Of a DNA stretch of 14,054 nt, positions 6,748 through 14,054 are shown in pieces; the first letter of the stretch is position 1, and every line of letters starts with the position of its first letter. The stretch lies in IMG/VR virus record IMGVR_UViG_3300028988_000038. One strand, 5' to 3'. The notes beneath the pieces were generated by a model. The model saw only the letters and a list, made by a program, of their open reading frames with translations. It was not told the origin of the DNA and did no database searches. The DNA is from a virus. Lineage: Duplodnaviria; Heunggongvirae; Uroviricota; Caudoviricetes. The translations under genes were made by a program, and so were the position numbers.

Positions 6748-7983
6748 TTAACCAAATATTTTTTGAACAACTTCACGAGCCGCTTGTGCAGAAGCTGAAG
6801 GGAGTTTGTTAATGAAAGAACGCTCAATACCTGTCACAAAGTCGCCTCGCATCATTCCAATCTTGGCTGACAACAAAAGTTCACGAGGGCCAATTGGCTG
6901 ACTAATAAGGTGTTCTTCGTATCCATCGCGAACGATACCGGCAAACTTAACCATCTTTTCAGCGTATTCATCCACGATGCCTGCATTTGTCAACATGTTG
7001 ATCTCTGCGTCTTTGCTCATGTATTTCACATTCGAAACGATGCCAAAACGCGAAAAGTTCGCGGCGTTCTGGATGTTTGTACCCTGGTACAAGCCGGTTT
7101 CATCACCAGATCCGTTCGTGTTGCCAGTGCCAATGAAAGCAAACCGTTCATGCGGAGTAATGCGACGCCATTCTGGAGTTGCCTCTTTGATGACCAACGC
7201 TTCACCTTCCAGCACTGGCTGATACACGCCAAGAATTTGTGGAAACGCAAAGTCGTATTCATCCGCGAGGTAAACCCAGCCATGCTTCATTGCGAGCGCA
7301 AGCAAGCCAGGTTCGAAATACGTAGAGCCATCACGCGCCAGAATTTGCCCCGTAACATGTGCCTCTTCCATTGATGCTGTATGTTGGGCACGGATCAACG
7401 GACGATTGAGCAAAGCACATAGCTGTGTAGGCAATGACGATTTGCCTGTTCCTGCATGACCCCACAAATAGCCAGGTATGCCAAGTTCAAGCATCATGAA
7501 AATATCTTTGATCAGTTCGAAGTCGCCATATACGTAGCCCTTCTTCACTTCTGGAACGAACTCTGGATACGGCGTATTGACGTTGACGCTAACCATGAGC
7601 GGCGTCCCACGTTTTGTTCCGAGTTCTTCCACCGTTACGTTTAGCAGTTCGTGAGCTGCGACCAGATCTGTCTTGTACTCAACTGTGCCTGTGTAGCCAG
7701 GGCTACTGGTCAAGACAGAAGATTTGGCCATTTCGCTTTTTTGCTCGGCACGTTTAGCTTGAATTGCATCAAGTGCCTTTTTCGATAGCGTTGGTTCATC
7801 TGGAAACTGCGTTGTGTACATTTTCAGTACGGTGTCAGGATCGGCATCTTTTACTGACTCAGGAATGCCCTCGCAATTACCATTGGCTACATGGGACTTA
7901 AAATAGTGAAATGATTTGCCGCACCACTTGCAAACAAGGTAATCAGAAGGATTTTTTTCATTTTGCAGTGCAGTAGTCGTCAT
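6748..7983 (-). CDS. CobS-like / MoxR-type AAA+ ATPase (AAA_5) with an N-terminal Cys/His zinc-finger-like motif
   Basis: Walker A GHAGTGKSS (about 7435-7461), Walker B VYLADEYD, and the downstream pattern RFAFIGTGNTNGSG...NFSRFGIVSNVKY typical of CobS/MoxR ATPases. N-terminal CKWCGKSFHYFKSHVANGNC. Confidence 0.7.
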   Translation of the reverse strand: MTTTALQNEKNPSDYLVCKWCGKSFHYFKSHVANGNCEGIPESVKDADPDTVLKMYTTQFPDEPTLSKKALDAIQAKRAEQKSEMAKSSVLTSSPGYTGTVEYKTDLVAAHELLNVTVEELGTKRGTPLMVSVNVNTPYPEFVPEVKKGYVYGDFELIKDIFMMLELGIPGYLWGHAGTGKSSLPTQLCALLNRPLIRAQHTASMEEAHVTGQILARDGSTYFEPGLLALAMKHGWVYLADEYDFAFPQILGVYQPVLEGEALVIKEATPEWRRITPHERFAFIGTGNTNGSGDETGLYQGTNIQNAANFSRFGIVSNVKYMSKDAEINMLTNAGIVDEYAEKMVKFAGIVRDGYEEHLISQPIGPRELLLSAKIGMMRGDFVTGIERSFINKLPSASAQAAREVVQKIFG

Positions 7984-8078
7984 GCGTTTTTCCTTTGTTC
8001 TCTAATGAGCGTTCAACTTCTTATATAAATATATCATTATATATCGTAAGTGGTTACTTATCGTTAAGGCTGTTTTGT

Positions 8079-10187
8079 TCACTTTAAAATGATACGAGAT
8101 AGTTCAGTAACTACAGATGAACCAAGACTATCAACGCTCGTTACCAGGGCATGATTTGAGTAAAATCTCTCCGGTGCGTCAGTCATGATGCCAATTGCCA
8201 TCAAATCAATATCAGTCTGCGTTTCAATTTGCTTCGCAACTGAACGCAAATGAGCGTCAAAACCTCTCCCAACAGCCCACGGCGCGCCATCACTCAGAAC
8301 AAGCATGATCTTCCTGTCCTCCATGCGACCGGAAAATAACGATGCAAGGCTGGCTATGCTTTCACCATCCACGTTATTAAGAAGTGGGAATGTGTAGCCT
8401 ACGCACCCCATACGTGAGCGAACTTCGCGAGAATTTACCTTTTCATTCCAATTTTTGATGATAGGTAGCATTAAAGATTCAAAGCGAGAGAACTCATACT
8501 TGACAGCCTTAAGTTCTCCTGCCGCCATATGACTACCAAATGTAGTGAAGCCGGTGATAATGTTGGGAACATTTATTCGATCAAGGGCATCGGCGATGGT
8601 ATATGCACTTGCAAGAGCCAGTTTAATCGTTATACCACTCATTGAACCTGATAAATCAATCACTTGTTGAACACAGGCGTTAACGGCTTTAGATTCTTCT
8701 TTTTTACGAAACACGCGAGCATCATTCATTGCTAATCTGTAGATACTAGAACCATGAATGCGCCCCCGACGCTGGCCCGGTATAAACTGAACTCTGTTTC
8801 TGCTTGCTATTGCTCGCTCCAGGTCTTTTGCCAGCGTCGACGAAACACCTGACGAAAGATGCTTTTCAATATATTTGTCGAAGAGCTGGTTGCCTTCAGG
8901 AACGATGCGATAGCGGCTGATTGGATATCCTCCCAAATCAATATCGGAGAATGTTTTAATAAGCCGTTTGATATGGGCTTCTGCCTGATCAATCGAGCCG
9001 ATGAAGTCGTATGAGCGATTGTATGGCCTGTATTCGCTTTTCGAGCTTTCTGTTAACTCGCTTTTAATCGTTTCGGATAGAGCATCTTCTGTCATGCCTC
9101 CGACTTCATCTTCTATGCTATCCAGCTCCTCTAAAGCCTCTTCCAGACTCATTTTTGACGGAGTTGGGATATCTGAAGAGCCATCTTCTGTCGTTTTTCT
9201 TTTTTCGTGGTCAGCGGTTAATGATTCTGACGCCGCGTTATCAGAAGCATCAGAATCTGATACCTCTTTATCATTTTCTGTATCATCGAATATTGTTTCT
9301 GATGATTCAGAATTATCTGAATCATCACTGTCGCTATTATCATGTTTGTACTTACTATGTGATTCTGATTTGATAGATTTGTGATTATCTAACACTGAGG
9401 GTGTCTCATGATCTTCGTTGTCTTCATTGTTTTCTCCAGAGGCATCCGTCTGGTCAGCGTCTGAAGGATCGGAAGTTTTTCCCGGAGCTGACTCCTTACC
9501 TTTGCTTTCACTTTCAGTGTCTTTGAGGATCTTAGCTATGGTCGCAGCCACCTTTACACAATCCTCGGTGCAAGACATGTTACGCACGGCCACATCGATA
9601 CCATGTTCTTTTAATAATGAAATTGGTTTCTCAATGACAGGCCAATGTTCATCCATGAAATCTACGAACGGTGCTTGGCCATCCCAGGCTCTTACAACCG
9701 GACAGAGAAAGAAGTTTAGAAAAAGCGCGCGCTGATCTTTGCCACAATAAGCAATAGCCTCTGAAGCCTTTGGTTTAAAGACTTTTTCGATTATAAGGCG
9801 CTGAGTTGCCATCAGATTACGTCTTGTTCCGTTAAAGACCTGACCCATTTTTCGCTCGATGAACACGTCTTCTAAGGCATTCCATAGCGACCAGGAAGGA
9901 ACGCGTCCTTTTTCTCTCATTTTGTTGGACACACGAATATCGGTAAACAAAATGTGAGCAACCTCATGATCGAGAAATCCGCGCACAGCATTCATCAATG
10001 CCGGTGTTGCGTTATCCGGGATTGATGGGATGTTTACGAAAATTGGCTCTCCATCATCGTTATAGCGTACATAAGCGTCGTCCCCTCGTTCTGCAACAGG
10101 GATGTTTTTACCTGAAAGGAGAGCGACTACTCGTTTTACACTGTCACGGAAGTCCTGAACCTCTTTGATGGAACGTTTTTTAGACAT
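8079..10187 (-). CDS. CobT-like protein with a C-terminal von Willebrand factor A domain
   Basis: MIDAS motif DLSGSMSG (8634-8657) and LVLSDGAP in the C-terminal vWA-type domain. Long Ser/Asp/Glu-rich acidic linker (about 9048-9515). N-terminal domain contains HEVAH (9954-9968). Sits immediately upstream of the CobS-like ATPase, as in CobS/CobT pairs. Confidence 0.7.
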   Translation of the reverse strand: MSKKRSIKEVQDFRDSVKRVVALLSGKNIPVAERGDDAYVRYNDDGEPIFVNIPSIPDNATPALMNAVRGFLDHEVAHILFTDIRVSNKMREKGRVPSWSLWNALEDVFIERKMGQVFNGTRRNLMATQRLIIEKVFKPKASEAIAYCGKDQRALFLNFFLCPVVRAWDGQAPFVDFMDEHWPVIEKPISLLKEHGIDVAVRNMSCTEDCVKVAATIAKILKDTESESKGKESAPGKTSDPSDADQTDASGENNEDNEDHETPSVLDNHKSIKSESHSKYKHDNSDSDDSDNSESSETIFDDTENDKEVSDSDASDNAASESLTADHEKRKTTEDGSSDIPTPSKMSLEEALEELDSIEDEVGGMTEDALSETIKSELTESSKSEYRPYNRSYDFIGSIDQAEAHIKRLIKTFSDIDLGGYPISRYRIVPEGNQLFDKYIEKHLSSGVSSTLAKDLERAIASRNRVQFIPGQRRGRIHGSSIYRLAMNDARVFRKKEESKAVNACVQQVIDLSGSMSGITIKLALASAYTIADALDRINVPNIITGFTTFGSHMAAGELKAVKYEFSRFESLMLPIIKNWNEKVNSREVRSRMGCVGYTFPLLNNVDGESIASLASLFSGRMEDRKIMLVLSDGAPWAVGRGFDAHLRSVAKQIETQTDIDLMAIGIMTDAPERFYSNHALVTSVDSLGSSVVTELSRIILK

Positions 10188-10285
10188 GGCTAATCCTTTG
10201 TTATGAAAACAAATTATTTACTAGTGTGTTTAATGTAGCACTGCGCGAACAGGGAACTAAGCCATTCGCGCAGGGAGAAGAGGGG

Positions 10286-10498
10286 TTAACAGATTCTGAC
10301 GGCTAAAGACCCGGAGCCGATATTGAGAAGCGTGAAGCGTTTGTTGTTAAGTTCGAATATAAAGCCAGTTGTGTCATTCACACCAACCTGAATCTGCTCA
10401 TTCGGTAGATCGGTGAGGATGTCAGCTACACACTCATCAGCTAATTTCTGTACGTGTCCGATCTCAAGAGCGATTAGGCTGGAAATAGTGGTGTTCAT
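10286..10498 (-). CDS. Hypothetical small protein (70 aa), first ORF of the leftward operon
   Basis: ORF immediately downstream of the divergent regulatory region and co-oriented with the operon; only a weak SD; no recognisable motif. Confidence 0.35.
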   Translation of the reverse strand: MNTTISSLIALEIGHVQKLADECVADILTDLPNEQIQVGVNDTTGFIFELNNKRFTLLNIGSGSLAVRIC

Positions 10499-10681
10499 TC
10501 AATCAATCCATTCTAACTTATACTATTACTATGGTAAGGAATACTACTAAAATTTATATCAATACTGAATACATTCATATCATATGCAAGTTAATTTTCT
10601 TACCTGTTTTGGGCTAATTTTTCTCCGTGCAATGGCCTTTAACCGGTCTTTTAAGTGCCTATCGAAAAAAATGATAATAGC

Positions 10682-10709
10682 TTTACAACCCTAACCTTTG
10701 ATGTAATAT
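10682..10709 (+). promoter_or_regulatory. Candidate sigma70-type promoter for the XRE regulator gene
   Basis: -35 TTTACA (10682-10687), 16-nt spacer, -10 TAATAT (10704-10709) preceded by TG. SD AAAGG at 10743-10747 and ATG at 10756. Confidence 0.4.
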
Positions 10710-10710
10710 C

Positions 10711-10724
10711 GGTAAGCACTTACC
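10711..10724. promoter_or_regulatory. Candidate operator: 14-bp palindrome GGTAAGCACTTACC
   Basis: Perfect 6-bp inverted repeat with a 2-bp spacer directly downstream of the candidate -10, overlapping the expected transcription start. Matching half-sites GGTAAG (10533-10538) and CTTACC (10599-10604) occur in the same intergenic region. Confidence 0.4.
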
Positions 10725-10755
10725 AGAGAGAATTGAACGCGCAAAGGTTGTAACA

Positions 10756-11142
10756 ATGTCTGACAACAAGATTGAATTTATAGAAAGTCGCTATGCTGCT
10801 TTTATCGCAGGGCTGATTGAATCCTCACCTATGAGTCAGGCCCAAATAGCCAGACTTATTGGTTATAAAAATGCCAACAACCTTTCTTTAATTAAAAGTG
10901 GCAAAATTCCTTTGCCTATCGATAAGGTTCGTCCGTTGGCGCTGGCGCTGGGTATTGAGCCAAGTCGTCTTATGATGATGGTGCTGGAAGAACGCCAACC
11001 TGAACTCGCAGCATTTTTATACAAAGAAGGCACCGCTCCTCTTAACGAGGACGAAAAACAGGTTCTTGCTGCATATAACGAGCGATTCGGTAAAGAGAAA
11101 GGCGCATCACAAAAGGTTGTTGAGGCCATAAAGTCTCTATGA
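10756..11142 (+). CDS. XRE-family helix-turn-helix transcriptional regulator (phage repressor/Cro-like)
   Basis: HTH signature MSQAQIARLIGYKNANNLSLIKSGK. Divergent from the replication operon across a 257-bp AT-rich control region; its 3' end overlaps the integrase 3' end by 6 nt. Confidence 0.6.
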   Translation: MSDNKIEFIESRYAAFIAGLIESSPMSQAQIARLIGYKNANNLSLIKSGKIPLPIDKVRPLALALGIEPSRLMMMVLEERQPELAAFLYKEGTAPLNEDEKQVLAAYNERFGKEKGASQKVVEAIKSL

Positions 11143-12240
11143 AAAATTTACACGAATAAGCTCTGTTGATAGACGATCTCCCTTGAATTTGTGGTCAATT
11201 TCGTCTAAATCCGGTTGCTCTACGATTGATGCGATGTACGTCGAGAAACTTTCTAAGGCGTCTCGCATCTCGTCCATATAATCGTGCCGGTCGTAGACTC
11301 GATCTATCCCCTCAAGACTGTGGTTCATGATTTTGCGTGATACCTCCTGGCTTATGCCTAATGCTGGGAAGTAACTACGCGCAGTGCGGCGCAAGTCTCG
11401 GGGTGTAAATGGCTCAAGCTCCATCAGTTCTGGTCGTTCCAGAATACGACGTAATGCCTGGGCTATTGCCACTTTAGACATAGGAAGGTCTTTCCCGATT
11501 TTTTTATTCGAAGGCACGAGCCACTGGCTGCCTTTACCGTATTCGAACAACTCTTCAATGCATGTGCGCATTAATGAGCTTAAAGGCAGAGAATGCTCAC
11601 GGGCAGATTTGTTCCTCTTGCCTTGATTCCAAACCCCACGCTTAAGATTGAACTCACTTTTTTTAGCCCGCAGTACTTCGTCAGGTCGTCTTGCGGATAC
11701 AAGACATAGCCTGGCCGCCCATTTTGTACCAGCACACACATTGAAGTAGTCCCATATATTCCAGAACACCCATACCTCTGCGTCGGTTAGCTTCCGCTCG
11801 CGAGGTGTGGGCTTTGCGCCACCGGCAACTTTGTTAAGTGACATATCGTTTAACGGTGACACGTCGATCATCCCCTGGAAGGCGCACCAGCTGAGGAACT
11901 GCTTCATCAGAGAGAAAACGCGGCGACCCATAACAATTTTGCCATCCAGTATTAGTGGGTTGACCAGTTGGTTCACCATGAACCTATTAATATCACTTAC
12001 TTTTACATCGGCAATGTGCGGCAAAACATGTATCAAAATACAATGAACAGCGATCTCTGGCCGACGTCTTGTTATCAGCAGAGATAAGCGAGTGAATAAC
12101 ATGAATGCGTCCGAGAATCTCATGTCATTGCTGACCTGGGAGATCATAACGGCCTGCATTTGAGATGCTCTTTCGAGATACTCAATCGCCTCTTTTGAGG
12201 TGTTCTCCGCAGCGCGTGCTCTGTCAAAGCTATTTTTCAT
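11137..12240 (-). CDS. int: Tyrosine recombinase / phage integrase
   Basis: C-terminal catalytic-domain pattern: an ARRPDEVL segment aligning with the box I Arg region, PRDLRRT aligning with box II, and NHSLEGIDRVYDRHDY with the candidate catalytic Tyr. 367 aa. Confidence 0.75.
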   Translation of the reverse strand: MKNSFDRARAAENTSKEAIEYLERASQMQAVMISQVSNDMRFSDAFMLFTRLSLLITRRRPEIAVHCILIHVLPHIADVKVSDINRFMVNQLVNPLILDGKIVMGRRVFSLMKQFLSWCAFQGMIDVSPLNDMSLNKVAGGAKPTPRERKLTDAEVWVFWNIWDYFNVCAGTKWAARLCLVSARRPDEVLRAKKSEFNLKRGVWNQGKRNKSAREHSLPLSSLMRTCIEELFEYGKGSQWLVPSNKKIGKDLPMSKVAIAQALRRILERPELMELEPFTPRDLRRTARSYFPALGISQEVSRKIMNHSLEGIDRVYDRHDYMDEMRDALESFSTYIASIVEQPDLDEIDHKFKGDRLSTELIRVNFS

Positions 12241-12285
12241 ATGACAATCACCGAGTTACGCCGATGCACTGTATAAGTAAACAGT

Positions 12286-12314
12286 ATATTAGGCATAGAT
12301 TCTTATAGGATCAA
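12286..12314 (-). promoter_or_regulatory. Candidate sigma70-type promoter for the integrase gene
   Basis: On the minus strand: -35 TTGATC (12309-12314), 17-nt spacer, -10 TAATAT (12286-12291), about 45 nt upstream of the integrase ATG (12238-12240). Confidence 0.35.
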
Positions 12315-12338
12315 GAGTAAAAGTAACTCATTTTCAGT

Positions 12339-12371
12339 AATGATTCCATACATAGTAGGTATGGAATCATT
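12339..12371. repeat. 13-bp perfect palindrome (AATGATTCCATAC / GTATGGAATCATT) with a 7-nt loop
   Basis: Arms at 12339-12351 and 12359-12371, followed on the plus strand by GTAGGCC and a T6 run (12379-12384). Upstream of the integrase promoter. Confidence 0.5.
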
Positions 12372-12490
12372 GTAGGCCTTTTTTATAAAATCTGTGATTC
12401 TTCTCAGGATAAATTATCTAAACTAAAAATTGTGTTTTGTGTTGGCATCTGCTTGAATAGACGCATGTTTATTCAGATATGGAATAATCA

Positions 12491-14018
<1,528 letters not shown>

Positions 14019-14054
14019 CTCTGTTCAGGTGGCCAAATTCAGTAAACCACTTCA
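14019..14054. repeat. IS terminal inverted repeat (left end, IRL)
   Basis: Reverse complement reads TGAAGTGGTTTACTGAATTTGGCCACCTGAACAGAGG; the window ends exactly at the last base of the element. Confidence 0.8.

Noticed and set aside
8024-8031. TATAAATA, identical to the T4 late-promoter box
   Set aside because: It is on the plus strand while both flanking genes are on the minus strand, and it sits in a generally AT-rich spacer, so it is likely a chance match.
8036-8041. Minus-strand TATAAT upstream of the CobS-like gene as an internal promoter
   Set aside because: No acceptable -35 at 16-18 bp spacing. It may still act as a weak promoter, but support is insufficient to call it.

Overview
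The window is bounded by two copies of an IS3-family insertion sequence (IS911-like) in inverted orientation: a right-end fragment at 1-94 (+) and a complete 1250-bp copy at 12805-14054 (-), whose terminus coincides exactly with the window end. Between them (95-12804) lies part of a temperate phage-like integrative element. A tightly packed ~10-kb minus-strand operon (10498 down to 95) encodes a small hypothetical protein, a CobT-like vWA protein, a CobS-like AAA+ ATPase, a DnaE-type (Pol III alpha family) DNA polymerase, a coiled-coil hypothetical protein, a T4 gp32-like ssDNA-binding protein and a 5'-3' exonuclease (T4 RNase H / FEN family) that is truncated by the left IS copy. The DnaE gene is split into two ORFs by an inserted HNH homing-endonuclease gene, and its C-terminal fragment ends in a degenerate UDG-fold domain. 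To the right are a divergently transcribed XRE-family HTH regulator and a convergent tyrosine integrase. No rRNA, tRNA or CRISPR array was seen. All calls come from reading the translated ORFs and the nucleotide sequence by eye; no database search, HMM scan or folding was run, so family assignments rest on remembered motifs.
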